DNA of 64,000 bases from Kudoa neothunni (GCA_964304625.1 OZ199839.1:8040497-8104496), one strand, 5' to 3'. Numbered from the stretch's first letter, positions 21,729 through 36,203 are shown. The notes: a model not told the origin generated them from the letters alone. Numbers and translations: made by a program.

Positions 21729-24031
21729 CCCACTCCGGGTTTTCATCCCCTTTTCGGTCCCTCATTGTTGCCTTTCTAAGAATGGTAATAATTCGTCGAT
21801 GAGTATTATTTCAATATATCTCGTAATTATCCATTAGGAATGTAATTAAAAATTAAGATCCAATTATGAATTTATATCTTTCGAGATTACGTATTATACA
21901 ATAATTATGGTATACTGGGGTAGAAAAAGAAGACTAATTACTTAAAAATAGAAAATTTAGAATTCAAAAAGATTAGATAAATGATATTGTTTCAAAATTT
22001 GTCAAATCGTCATTGGGGGAAAGAAACATAAGCAATATAATGCAGTGCCGAAAACGGAACGAAGAACCACCATCGTGCAAAATTTCAAATAATTTTTCAC
22101 TTTGCCTTGTACATACAACGTTATAATGAGATACACAAATTTAATTGATTTTGTCTATGCTAATTAAAATGATGATGGTTTTCTAAACTCCATTGATTTT
22201 GTGACAGTACCTCCAGACAATGTTGATATTTTGACTGATGAAGAAGGTCTCTTTGTTTCAAGAGATTGCGACAACATTGACATTGGAACATTCCTAGAAA
22301 TATGCGGTGCAATAGAAACTTTCTCATGTATTGATAATATTTGTGCCACATGGTGTAAAATATCTCAATCAAATGATTCATCTGTAATTGCCACTGAATG
22401 CCTACCAGTTCCTCAAAATAAATATACTATTATGCACGATGACTCAGCCACTAGATATGAATCCTACGAAATATTCTTAAAATTTTTCGATGAAATTTTG
22501 CTCTTACATATTGTTGGAGACAAATATTTATGCACAACAAAAGAATGATCACACGTTTCACTCAACCATAAAAGAACATAAATCTTTCATTGGTATCTTT
22601 TTATTATCGGATACAATCGATTATCTCAGCGACATATGTACTGGGGAACTTCAATGGATTCTGGGGTTGAAATCGTAAAATAGTCGATGACCTATAAAAG
22701 ATTCAGGTTGATACAACAACACCTCCACTTTAATTATAATTCAAAACTCGATACAGATGATAAGCTGTTCAAGTCCAATAATTCGAAAATTGAACGAAAA
22801 TTTGGATATTTCCACGACAATTTGTCTGTTGATGAACAGATGGTTCCATATACTGGTCACCATTCCTGAAAAATGTAAATAAAGGGAAAACCCATCCGTT
22901 TCGGTTTCAAGCAGTGGGTTTGGCATCTTCTGATGAATATGTGAATAGTTTTAGTGTATACACAGGTAAGACTGAAATATACAACAAAAATTTTGGCCTA
23001 GGTGGAAGCTTCGTACTAAATTTTGTCGATGAGCTAAAGGATAGAGGTATTTCCCATGTCTGCTTCGACAATTTCTACACCTCTTACAAATAATTGGTTG
23101 AATTGAATAGAAGAGGTGTTAATGCTACTGGAACAGTGAGGTTGAACCGAACGTCGAACCGTCCCTTGATGACTCCGTAATTAATAAGTAAAAACCACCG
23201 AGGCTATCATGAATATTTTAAAGATTCTATAACTGAAATCAACTGTATTCAACGGAATGATACGAACCCTGTTACTATTGTTAGTAATTCGCTTACTGTT
23301 GAACCAATTCAACATGTGAAACGTTACTGCAGAACCAAAAAGCGCCATGTATCGATCGTGCAGCCTCAAATTTGTCGTATGTACAACAAGTACATGGGTG
23401 GTGTTGATACCGTAGACAATTCCTTATCTTGCTACAGAATAAGAATTCGCTCTAAAAATGGTATTGTTGTATTTTTACTACTATGATATCGCTTGCAGCA
23501 GTTAATTTATGAAGAAAGTTTAATTACCAAAACCAAGAAAAAATCATTTTATTAAATCACATTAGATATATTGTAGCCAATTTGGCAAGTATAAATAATT
23601 CTGAAAAACAAACCCCTCGATCATCCATCGAAAATATTCATGCTACGTCTTTGTGTAGCCGGCCTATGAAGAGTACTAATGCTGAGAAAAGGAGACGATG
23701 TGTTGCATATAAAAAAGAAGACCATCTACTTTCGTCAAGATTATCAAAATTATATTCGTGCTAAATGTTCGATAGATTTTCATAATCAACAATAATTTGC
23801 TCTCTTATCGATATGAAACCGTTTATTTTTCGCACGTTTTGTGACACAACGTTTATTCAGAAAATCTAACGCCTGTGGGCTTTCGTTCCCTTTACGGCCT
23901 CTTGGTAATTTTACCGTTTTCCTATACAAATTTAATTTTTAATTAATAATACTTTAACGTAACAATTAAAAAATTATTTTAAACGTATATTTCCAATTTT
24001 AAGGAAATTTAAATATTGGACCAGGAATGGG
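21729..24031 (+). mobile_element. Degenerate piggyBac transposon (PGBD2/3-like transposase pseudogene)
   Basis: TTAA-CCCACTCCGG ... CCAGGAATGGG-TTAA ends. Motifs LSVDEQMVPYTGHH, KGKPIRFGFK, CFDNFYTS and YNKYMGGVD; multiple stops. Confidence 0.9.
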
Positions 24032-25209
24032 TTAACCCTTCCTGTCAGGGGTGGGGTATTTGCCATATCCCAACAGAAATATTTTTTGTTTTGCTCAAAG
24101 CACGAGAATTTTTAGAATGCTCCTACAAACTTATAAGGCTTTCATTTAAGCAAAAAAATTGTATTCGAAATTTTATAAACTAAAAATTATACATTTCTGA
24201 AAATCGAGAAATAATTATTTCTTGTATAATGTACAATGTATCGCAAATTTATATTTCTATTTAATATACACTTTAACATCATTTAATAATTAAAATTCCT
24301 ATATCACTAACCAGAAAAAACATGTTTTCATCAAAGTAAAACTGATTGGGTATTTACCAAAGTTAATTCGATAATACTTTACTAATCTGACGACTTGCAC
24401 GCAGTCTCAATTTGTATAAATTTTTCATTCGTTAAGGTAACTTCTTGCCTTTAATTGATTAAAAAAACTTTTTATAAATTAAGGAAACTTTTGGGACCTC
24501 ATTTAGTATAAGCTCCTAATCCTCAAATACATAATGGGGATTATTGTTTATTACGCCGTCATGTATGAGACTAGACCAAAAGTTTTTCCTTAAAATTTTT
24601 GAGGAAATCTTGATTCGCTACAGATGATGAGAGCAAATAAGATTTTTCGAGACCATTTTTGACAAAAAAAACTGAAAAAGAGCGCTAAAATTGGGGGCCA
24701 CAAGCTCCACAATTACCCGTAAGTTCAGCCAATTATTGTTGTTATTATTATCGCGCGTTTAACCCTCCTTCATTTTTCAAATAGATATCGATTCTTTAAT
24801 TTAAACCAACTCGATTTCCGCAATTAGCTATAACACTCACGCACAAGTGGATTCAAACCAGGGGGAGACTTAATCCAATTATTCTGATAAAATAAATGGG
24901 GCCAGGAACTTGTGATGTTTCTCATGAGCAACAATGTTTGCTAATAATTATGTATTCTTATTTTACGACCATATTGATTCATTCATTCATGTGGTTTAAA
25001 TCATTGTTTGGTTGAAAAATAGGGGGATTGGTTAGTTGTACGCTCTTGTAGCTGCACTTTATTGTATTTGCAATATTATCGTTTTATTTATTACAAAGGA
25101 TAGAACAATTTCTCAATGTTAACGTCTATTAATATATATGTTCATGATAGTTTACATTATGTAGGCTCCGAAGGATTTAAAATTGACTAAGGCATATTTT
25201 TGCTGAGGT

Positions 25210-26303
25210 GGCTAACGTTTACCACAGCCCTACACTCGGGTTTTTTGGTTACCTAGGTCATTTGGTTCTCAATAAACCACGAATGCTTCCCGCTATTTAT
25301 TCAACTGATAATCTAGATGAACTAATCTTTGAAGAAATAATATATTTCAAAGATAGGAAGGATGAACTGTTGAAAATTTTAATTGAAATTGGACTTTTGA
25401 CTAGAGAGGGAATATAAAATTGTGGATGTAGAATGGTTATGGCGATTCGACCACGATATTCAGATGGATACAGTTTCAGATGCCATAATCGTGGTTGCCT
25501 AAAAGAACTATCTGTCAGATATAATAATTTCTTGTACCAATCGAAACTCTCATATCGCATTTTAAAAATTATATATCTGTGGTGAAATTAAATGCAGAAC
25601 CAACGTAACCTCATGAAAGAATGCAGACTAGAGTCTACCAGGGCAAGATACGACTAGAAAAATTTCATGCGAGGCTTATATCTGAGCTATTATATCATGA
25701 ACCCCACTAAAATAGGCGGACCCGGAATAAAGGTGCAAATTGACGAAAGTCAAATTTGCAAAAGAAAGTTTCATGTTGGAAAGATTTCTCAAACTCAGAG
25801 TGTATAGATTGTCGGAGGTGTCGATGAAAACGGAGAGGTTTCCATGGTTCAAACTGAAATTAGAGATCAGCGGACATTAGAAGGGATTATTCTTCAATAT
25901 GTTAATCAGTGCTCAATAATACGCACCGATGGATGGCCAAGCTACGAAAACTTAGAAAAATATTGGATACCAGCATGACGTAGTGATTCATAAGTATGAA
26001 ATCGTCAATGCCACTGGCGTTCAGTTCACATTAACAGAATCGAAAGTTTGTCGAGAGCTTTAAACGTAAGTGTAGGAGTATAACAAACAAGAAAAAAGAG
26101 ATGATTTCATCCTATATTTCTGAGTGGTGTTTTAAGAGAAGGCACAAAAATTAAATATTTTCTGAATTTATAAATGTAACAAAATTAGTTTTTAATTTTG
26201 AGAGTTAAAATGTACAGTTTTCAGTCGTTATATTTTGCGTAGCGTTTTGTTGATACTTGAGAACGAACAATCCCAAGTGTTGCGGGTGTGTTAAACTTTA
26301 GCC
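25210..26303 (+). mobile_element. Merlin (ISXO2/IS1595-related) DNA transposon, degenerate
   Basis: ~31-bp TIRs GGCTAACGTTTACCACAGCCCTACACTCGGG / CCCAAGTGTTGCGGGTGTGTTAAACTTTAGCC. Translation near 25710-25960 gives KIGGPGIKVQIDESQICKRKFHVG...VGGVDENG...IIRTDGWPSY. Confidence 0.85.
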
Positions 26304-27320
26304 TGAAGGGTCGTAAGCATTAAGCTTAAGAATAATATTGTCCAAATGATGGGTCGTGAACATTTGGAGAGAATCAAGAATTTTTGTTCTTTGAAAGATA
26401 GAATAGATATAACGTCATATTATAAAAGAATGTCCAATGGGAAAAATAGATAACCTAAAATCCTCAATTATTTTAGCTGAAAATCTCCATCCTCCTTAAT
26501 ATGATTTTGGGTAATGAAGAATCCATTATGATGGCTCATAATGAAATGAGAACTACAAATAAACGCAAAACATTACAAAAATTAAAGTAAGACCTCGGTA
26601 TAGCGTAATTAATGATTTTTCGGTGTTTTTCAACATAAAAAGTTCAACAAATAACATTAACTATTGCGAACGGTAATGGGGGGATATCCACCTCCAAAAA
26701 TTCGTCTTTTTCGCGTGTGCAAACCTTCTGATTTTATAATGAATCTTCTGTTTACATTTTTTAAATATGGAGTGATCACAAATATCTTTAAAAATATCAG
26801 TTTAAAAAAATCAACCAAAATACAGCGTTGGCTATTATCGTAGCGAGCGCGTAACTTTGTTCGTTCTTTTTTTATGCTGTATTCCTCTAAGTTTCCACAT
26901 ATATATACAACTTTGAGATTATTATTATTATCTCCTATCTAGTTTCGTTATAGCATTTGTGTGTAAAACCCATATCTAACTCAGTAGTCAGTAATAATAG
27001 ATTTAGATAATTTGTTTGAATTTAAATTAACTTTTACCCGGACAGGACTCTATATATTAAAGTTTCGTTGAACAGAAATGTCAAAACCAACAAACTTTAG
27101 TTTATTTAATTTTCTTGGTGGTTTATTTTTTTAATGGTGCAAGATATTGTGATATTACTATGACCACCATAATATTTTCCATATTTATAATACATTAGAA
27201 ACTTATAAATTATTTAGTAAATTATTGTATATGGGAAATATAAAAACTGGAACGATATATTTGTAAATGTAAGAATTACTTTTGTATAAGAAAGTTATAT
27301 CATGATCCTTAGTTCTAGGC

Positions 27321-28971
27321 CAGTGTGTTCCCTACAGGGGATGCGAAGAGCCATCGTTAGGGGATGGGAGTCATTCAAGAATAAATTTAACAATTAATCT
27401 TAGTTTATTCACTTCGTATTGTTCATTAGCCCCCGTTTAAATCATGTAAGGACGTAATGCGTATAGTAATTATTAGGTATTGGACGCATACCTCTTCGAT
27501 ATAAGGATTAGCGATATCCGCGAACTATATTGTATTAAGGCACAACACGTGTATTCATTTTGTTGTTGTTCAGTTAGGGTTGTCTCTTGATAGCGCACAT
27601 TACGCTAGGCTTCTTAGACGTAACAGTAATATTTCTGGTTGTTTCGATATCAATCAGTATCGGTTCAAAATGGGATTTGATAATTTATTTAATTTATAAA
27701 TCATTCTATTTGATTCTACGAAATAGCGCAGTAAGGTAATAGTTTTTATTATGCATGTTCAGCGTACAAAATCTAACTATCGCTCTTTTCATGTAAAATA
27801 GTTACTTTGATATCTTTCAAAATAACATATTTATATTCTTAAGCTGTAATTAGGTTGTCAGCATTTTTATCTACTTAGAAATAATCTATATCCATAAAAA
27901 TAAAACCACGATGTAGTTTTAACTTCGTTTTCTGTCTAAATTTGAGATCTATCATTTAATTACATAGTTTTTATAATGGTACATATTAAATTTTACTTTC
28001 AAATTTGTGCCCTGCCTCTGATATAAATATAAGTTAAATTGTTCTTGAAAGTATAAGTAAAACAAGGATCAAAGCATTCATTTATATACATAAATAAACG
28101 AAAACAAACTTTAACAATATATTAGTTATTTTATTCGAGTATGTTTAGAAGGCATATTTTTTGAATTTTCGGAATTTTTCTTAACCCACTGCCTCAAAAT
28201 TTATATTAAAATATGACTCAATATAGAATAAGGAATTCGCTAGGTTTTTCCGTACAAGATGGTATATGAGACAAGCTTATCGACTTCATTATATACAAAT
28301 AATAATTATCGGAATTCATTAATCCCCGAAAACGATTTCATGTTTCATATTCCTACAAAATGTCCTGCTTTGAATTACTGATGAAAACCCAGCGGGAGTT
28401 AGAGAACCGCCCGCTCAAATAAATGCTGAATAACAATTGATTTTGAAATAATGTTTCTTGTGAACCATACGAATCGGCTATTTTTATTTGACTCATTTCA
28501 TTTTTACCTTTAAGCACAGGACTTATTTAAGCGACCATACTGTTTATAGTTTAGTATTACGTTTATATTTATTTTTGACGTCTAATATTTTGGAATAATT
28601 GTAATAACATTATTTATTACTTTACATAAAAATGGTATATATAAGCAGGAATGAATAATAGCTCCAATCATTGAGTGTTAAATCATGAGGAGCGAAAAGA
28701 TAATATCGTCCATTTTCGATTATACATAGCAAGTTGAGTTAACCAAAACATTTTGGTTTTAATTTATTTTAGACGTGAAGGGGAAAATTTGAAGTTAAAT
28801 ATAAACTAAAATAATAAAAATTTTAATTCTAAGACATTTTTCATTGGTATTATTATTTTCGCATTTAAATAAAAAGTATAATTGAGTCTTGACATTCACA
28901 TGGAGGAGGGGATACAAAATGAACGTGGAAATTAGGATGGGGATATGGATGTAAAATTTGTAGGGAACACA
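27321..28971. mobile_element. Non-autonomous hAT-like element
   Basis: Left end CAGTGTGTTCCCTAC; right end GTAGGGAACACA (last 3 nt missing); GGGGAT subterminal repeats at both ends. No matching TSD. Confidence 0.65.
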
Positions 28972-28974
28972 TTT

Positions 28975-29302
28975 TTAAAGTCTCTAAGAAGTTGGAACTT
29001 GAATATAAATGGACGGACAATGATTTGGAAATAACAGTAAAGATGCGGGAAGAAGAGATGGAATTTGCGATTTTACCTTTGTGGAAAAAACAGAAGGAAA
29101 GGAAACAAAGCTACTTGCTGTACACGACCTAACAAACAGCTGGAATGAGCCGTGAAACTCTAAAATCACCCGTTTTGATGTTTCTGAGTACAGATCAGCC
29201 ACAGTTATTGTCCAACGCAGATCTGACGGTGAGCCAGTTGAGCTGGAACTCTTTGCCACAGCATTGACAACCGAAACAACTGCTACCACTACAAGCACCT
29301 AG
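28975..29302 (+). pseudogene. Orphan last exon of a family C gene
   Basis: Close copy of 61087-61433 (ELEYKWT...DGICDFTFVEKTEGKETKLLAVHD...ETTATTTST*). Has an in-frame TGA near 29153 and a frameshift. Upstream exons are absent, replaced by the hAT element. Confidence 0.85.
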
Positions 29303-29937
29303 AAATACTTCTGAAAATTTAATTAGTTTTCAAATATCTTTCTCTTTGATTATCAATTAAATAGTTGACAGGTTTTTTAATTTATCTTTCGTATTTATAG
29401 TATTGTCTCTGTTTTTCAATATAATATTATTTTTTACACTAATTAAAAATTCTTTTAATTAATTTTTGTCTGAATATTAATAGAAAGTATTATTTGTAAG
29501 CAATATAGATTGATTTTTTATTAAACTGAATATTTTTATGAAAAAGAAATTAATATTATTATGTTAAAGCTATGACAATAGAAATAATTATCTTAATTTG
29601 TAGTTCTATAGTTTTTAAAGGATTATTAAGTATACATTGATTTCTTAATAGGCTAATGGAAGAATAATCGATCATAAATTTAAAAAAAAATTTTTTATCT
29701 AAGTGAAGCATTTGTACTTTAATATGTTTGTTTTTTTATGACATTATTAATAAAGTAGAAAAGTTTGTAGTTTTCGTTTTATTGCTATTTATCGACTCTC
29801 AATTGTATTGTGGAAATGCTATTCAGTCTCGTAGTTCGTACTTCAATTGTCTTGTTTCGTTCCTATTGTCATCTAGAGTTATTCATTTGTATAATTATTA
29901 TTAAAATTAATAACGCCGTTATAATTAAGAACCAAAA

Positions 29938-32200
29938 ATGTTGGTCATTGCATTGTTAATCATTTCTCTCTGCTACAATGGTGAAATAAGCAAGAAGTGG
30001 GATTATCTATAATAGATATATTTAGCCCACTCACACAAATACTACGTCCAACGAGATCAAACCGAATTAGAGGATACAATCCATTTAAAACTTGAAGGAG
30101 TTTCTGGAAGTAAAATGCAACGTTCAATTGTTGGAAAGAAACGAATTTTTCTATCACTATATTGGGAGTGAATCTGAAGGAAAACAACTTAAGGATGTCT
30201 CTTGTGTCGGGAAATACACTATTCCAACTGGAGCTGCTTTTCCATTCTATTATGTACAGATAAGATCCGAATATGCAACTGAAACTCTTAAAATAATCCA
30301 TAGTAATTCAATTTTTAGAAATTTTCCCCTAATTTTCTTGTAGTCACTGACACTATCCCTCAAACTCAATTTAAAAGTAAACGAAACCTCAATCGAATTC
30401 ACCCACTAAAAATGTCTGCAGTCATCCTCAAACTTGTAAACTAACAAGTGGTGACAAAGTCCTGGATGAGTTCATTCCAACCTCTGAAACCGAGTGCGAC
30501 GCTGAAACCAGGCTCGCCGGATTCTTTGATTCAATAGGCGACTCAGTTGAACTCTCTTGTGGTGTCAATCAGCCAAAAATACACATGTATAGAAAAAATA
30601 ATATGGCCATGGAATTCAATCCATTAGACAAACTTACGTATCACATTGAAAAAGTCAATGGTGGAACTAGTAAAATAAAAATTGTTTTTGATGAGGACTT
30701 GAAGGATGAAGTGTGCAAATTTGAGATTAATAAAAAATCTACAGAAGGTTTTACATCAAATTGCTCGGTTTCAAATGATAACGAGAATTGTTATCAACTC
30801 TGCGCTGATGTTGCAATGGACTTAACATTTGCTGACACAGACAAAGATTTTAAAGTTAAAGTATCGACTAGAAATCATGCAGGAATAGAGAAAATTCTAA
30901 GAAGTAAAATTCTTGTTTAAATAATTTTATTTAAATGTCAATTAGTTGACAAAGGTAACCTAGAAGTAACTCCAAAAGAAACCAATGCAACTCTTTCTAT
31001 CCGTGCTCTTATAGATGATTTGGGAACTGCAACTTGTGCAATTGAGTTGAAAAAGCAAGAATTCCCTAAATTTAACATTGGCGCGAAATGCAATGCCGAT
31101 TCGACGACGCCATGCCCAACAAGTTGCGAAGATGCTACCATCCTTGATCTTGAGCCAAATACAAAATATATCGTTAAAGTGACTTACACTAAAACCAGTG
31201 AGACTTCTAAAACATATATTGCAGAGAAGCTATTTAAAACTAGTAATAAATAAAAAGTAATTGATCTAAAATTTAATTAAGCTGACTACAATATAACGCA
31301 ATTGCCTGAGATTAAAGCATATTACGAGCACGTAAAAATGACTGTAGCACCGAACGTGGCTCTGTTTGACAGAGTATACTGTAAAATTCAACAAAAAATG
31401 GTGGGCGAAACTGCTTTCAGCCCATCTGAATGCGAAGAATCGGTTGATTGTTCAGGTTTATGTGGACAGCCACTCACTATTAAAAACCTTTTTCACGATA
31501 CTGAATACGAATTTAAATATTTATTTGGAAAGTACGTTAGTGACCTTGATAAAAACAAGGTGACAGTATCGACAAGTAATGTACAATATAAATCTCCCAA
31601 TGACATTTATTAAGTTGCAACGCTTCAAAAAATCAATGTTACCCACACGTGGAATAACACCGATCTGATAGTCACAACGACAATGGAACAGATGGATCCA
31701 GACCAAATTTGTGATTATACATTTGCCCAAATAGTAGATGGAGTTGTCAAATATACTTACGGATTATATGATAAAACTACTGGATGGGAGGGGAAATGCA
31801 ACCAAGAAATAACCTTTTACAACGCTGCCTTCCTACAGAAGGGGATCAATGAAAGTACAGGCCAGATACGTTAGTGAGCCGATCGTTGTGAGCCTTTGGG
31901 CTGGAGGAAATGAGGATAATTTTGATCCAAACTTTCCAGAAACTGGTAAACAAGGTAAATAATATTATATAACCATTATTTATAATCCATTTTAGGCACT
32001 TCGAATAGGTAGGATAGTTTTATGTTAGAGTATTCAATTAACTATTAACTTTAATTTAGCGCTAATGTTGGTGGAACCAAAATTCTGTAATATTATCTGT
32101 TCCCATACAGTTCTAATGATGATTTAGGTTGATTGTTGGCGGCGTTTTAATAGCACTGATGGTTTTCGCTATTGTTTTCTTGGTTTTGACAAAGAAATAA
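29938..32200 (+). CDS. Family B copy B1: spliced type I membrane protein with 6 Cys-rich FN3-like modules (about four homopolymer indels)
   Basis: ATG 29938 (MLVIALLIISLCYN). GT..AG introns at 29981-30025, 30303-30343, 30904-30945, 31243-31281, 31576-31614, 31955-31995, 32009-32059, 32087-32127. FN3-like ILDLEPNTKYIVKV and IKNLFHDTEYEFKY; TM LIVGGVLIALMVFAIVFLVL followed by TKK*. Confidence 0.85.
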
Positions 32201-34493
32201 ATCATATCTCATTATTCCATTGAATGAAATATTATTTGAATTTTTAGTTTAATTAGTTGATAATGAGATTGAAGTTTGTGTTAAAATGATATATATTGGC
32301 TAATAAATGTTCGTCGCATTTTATATAAAGACGCGCATCAATTACAATAGTAAATTTTAGTATATTATCAAATGTTTGTACCATTTGAATAAAGATAAGA
32401 ATAAAATTAGTGTCACATAAGATTTAATAAATTACATTAGTTTTGTACTATTTCTTTTCTTAAAAATGAAAAATATAGTTATTTATGAGAGAAATAAGCA
32501 TAAATATAATTTTTTTGTCACATTAAATCTTACAGTTTTTAAAAATTTTAAGAGTATTTTATAGGTATGCTAGTAAATGGGAGGAATAAAATGTTTTTTA
32601 ATTACTTTAATTGAAACGAATATTTTACTATTATAAATTTGTTTATATGATGTAATATTGATACAAATGAAATAAATTGATAACAGTTATATTTATATTA
32701 ATCGTTTGATTTCCTGGAGTTTTGTAGTACTCAGATTACTTTTTATCAAATGAAGAATTAAAATAAATTTTTATATGTAATAAATTAATGGGGATAATTA
32801 AAAAACCACCAATATCAATAAAAGTTAATTTTATGGGGCTTGTGCAAGAAATATTTTATTACTTGGAATTTATGAAGATGAATAATAAAGCTATTATATT
32901 TGACTGTGATTACTTTTACTTAATAAAGATTTAATTAATTATCTACAATTTATGGTTAATAATTCTTGATTTTATTTTTGGATATTGGATCACTGAATTT
33001 GAACCTAAATCAAAAAATATATATTCATAATAAATCAAATAGCCATTATGATCCTAAATAATTATCCCATCAGATAAAAAGAAATAACAACGTTCACTAT
33101 TGATTTGAGTCACTTTATATATAATGATGTATGAATAGTTGGGTAGATACAAGTTATTTCCTGTTATTACCCACAATAGAACGCAAATTATCCCCGCAAA
33201 ACTACATATGTAAAATCATTCCTATCGCATCATAAAAAGATTATACATATTTTTGTTAATCAACTTTTTAATTGATACATGAATTAATGATACTTAATTT
33301 AGTATTTATATGTATGGAATATTCTCATTTTTATGTACAGTCGAAACTCCGTTTATCCGAAAATCGCGCTATCCGAATGATTTTTTAAAATTTGTTTGAA
33401 AATCATGTAGATTCTAAATAAAAAAAATTTCGTTTAATCGAAATTTCAGCAACCACGATCGGAAACCTCTTTTTTCTGGAATTTTCGGATAAAAATGTCT
33501 TGATGTCTGGATTAGTGCCAGGTTAAAATGGCACATACAGTTATTTTTTTGATACATACATTCGTTATTTATTCAATTTAAGTTTATGTTTGATTAACAG
33601 AAATAGTATAACGTAGATAATTAATTTTTTATGTTCAAAATGCAACCATGTTCATGATGAACGAACAAATGTTGGGTAAATACAAATTTCTTTATATATT
33701 TTCATGGGTCATATAATATAATATAAAAAATGGAATTTATAGGATTGCTTAATCACAAATTAGCAGTAACTTCATACGACCAATATATCCACGGAGTTGA
33801 CGCAATTCAACAATGTTCACACATCTGTTTTAAAACCATAACATCACAACTTTTAGATCTTATTGAGTCGTAATAATCATTAACCAATATAAAATTGTTG
33901 GAATAAGACATGTCTTAATTAAAGAAGAAAATTCTAAATGTCGTTATGGAGAAGTCTGCGAAAATACTCCTCATTGTCACTTTGTTATTCATACCATCAT
34001 TATTAGTACAGCTCGTAATGTCCAAATAGGGAAGAAATTATAAAAAAATTAATAACAATAATCCATTTTTTAGAATATAGAATGTATCATTTTAATATGG
34101 CGCGGTGGCGTTGAGGTGGCACATATCGACAATACGCGTGCGCACACTACGTTGGATCTAGAACTACTGTACCTTAAATTAATGTTTCCACGTTGTCTTC
34201 ACTAGTACAACCTATATAAAATAGGCAACCGATTTTGCATAATCCCTCCCGGACCATGAAAAAAATGTGCGAAATCGATCCAGAACCGATTTTACACACG
34301 TTGGTACATGCGCAATCTCCATTTAAATCAGCGCTTCCTAACTAAAACTGGACTCGCACCCATTTGCATACGATAAAGTGTAACTGACTTAAAATTTATC
34401 AAAAATTATTTTTAATTTTGATTGGATCTCGCAACCATTTAAGACCAAAGTTCGCACCCCCAATTGGGAGCCCCTAATTTAAATATTACATTT

Positions 34494-36162
34494 TTAACAC
34501 TTAAAAGTAAAAATTTTAATTCTTAATCCCCGAGGAAACATGTTTGGATAAAGATGAGATGCAATATAATAAACTAGACTATATATTCTAACATTTGAAA
34601 AAAAATTTATTTTCGATTGTTTAATATTTTTCCACATGAAATCGTATAAGTCGTTCTCAAGATCTGAAAGAATTCTTAATCGATCATTGTCGTTGTTGAG
34701 AAAGAATTTTTTAAATTCGCTGATGGAATCAATAGCCTCTTTGAAATTCAGAACAGGGGTATCCCTCAAATTTATCTTCAAGCATTTCCTTATCAGATCC
34801 ATCACCATTATTAAACAAATCTACTAAATTATCCCTACTATCTAAATCTAACGTAGAATGACCATTATATAGGCAAAAAATTCCATCCTCCTCCTGAAAC
34901 ATCTCCTTTATTTCACCATTAATTTGCTCTGGGCATATAATATCATTGCTTTCTCAATTAGATGCATTATTTATTATTAAATCCTCGCTTAGTGATATAG
35001 AGGACAATTCATCAATAGGAAAATAAGCTTTTTTAAAACAATTCCTAATTGTTTCTGGAGCAACCATACCCCAAGCATCCCTTATAAGAAACATTGCCTC
35101 TATTATGTTCGGAGGGATGGGCCAATACCTGTTTCAACACGAGCAATATATCGCTTAATCATAGCCCTTTTTTTAGGCAGATTTAAACGGATATATTATC
35201 CCCTGTTCAAGAGGTTGTAAAACACTCGTGGTTTTTGGGTGAGAAAAACCATTCTTATATTGCTCAAATTTTTTTTACAATGGCAGGATGTATTATCAAG
35301 AAACAATAACACATGCTTATTCCTTTTTTTCAAATAATGGATTAAGCTTGGTTATATATCTCAAGAATACATCATTATTTATCCAACCTTTATTATTGTT
35401 TTCATATGACACAGGAAATTTTTTAATATTCTTAAAACAACGAGGGTTTTTATGTTTTTAGTGGTTCGAGCTTTTCACCATTCATTGAGGCACCTAACAA
35501 AATAGTTACTCGCTTCATAGATTGTTCGGTCCCTTTAAACTCCTCTTTGATGAAACTACAAAACCTTTACCTACAAAATAAATCAAAACGTTAAAAAAAC
35601 TACATATACCTCTCTGTTGCTGGTAGAATAATTGCAGATTCGTCGATATTATATGTACAATCTGAATTATAATTTTCACATGTCTTTAAGTTGTGGAATC
35701 CACTCTTCAACGACTGCAGAATCCACATCTGCGGCTTCGCCATGGAAATTAATTGTTCTTAGGTTTAAATCGCTTTTTAAAACCCTTAAACCACCCAATT
35801 GTCCACACTTCTGGCTTCTTATTTTCAACATAAAGCTCAATTCTTTTGTTGATGATATCAGAGGGGGTGATTTCGATTTTTTTATCCCTCATCAAACAGA
35901 TCAAATCACAAATACCTTGATCATAATTAATGCTTGATACGTTATGAATGTTCTTTCTTTAATTTTATGCTAATCCTCCTTCAATAATAGAAATCATTTT
36001 CTCCTTCTTACGAAGAATCCCATTTAGGGTGGCAATATTCGTAATTTGGAAATGTTTTACTGTTGCTATTTGAGAATGTTTAAAGGGTAAACTTTCGAAA
36101 TACTTTATTATTTTGAATTTCTCTTCCAAAGTTCTAACAACTTTAGCATTAGTTCTTGCCAT
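34494..36162 (-). mobile_element. pogo/Tigger-like transposase pseudogene (CENP-B-type HTH plus DDE_1)
   Basis: N-terminal RTLEEKFKIIKYF...TLNGILRKKEK HTH. Downstream fragments FHGEAADVD, DESALFY, KRVTILLGASMNGEKLEP, VLLFLDN..CH and TTSVLQPLEQGII. Confidence 0.85.
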
Positions 36163-36203
36163 CTGTATTATTTAATTGATATCAAACAAAAATTTAATCA
36201 ACG

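Noticed and set aside
28375-28430. CTGATGA-containing GC-rich stretch as a hammerhead ribozyme
   Set aside because: No properly placed GAAA core or consistent stems I-III could be built by eye.
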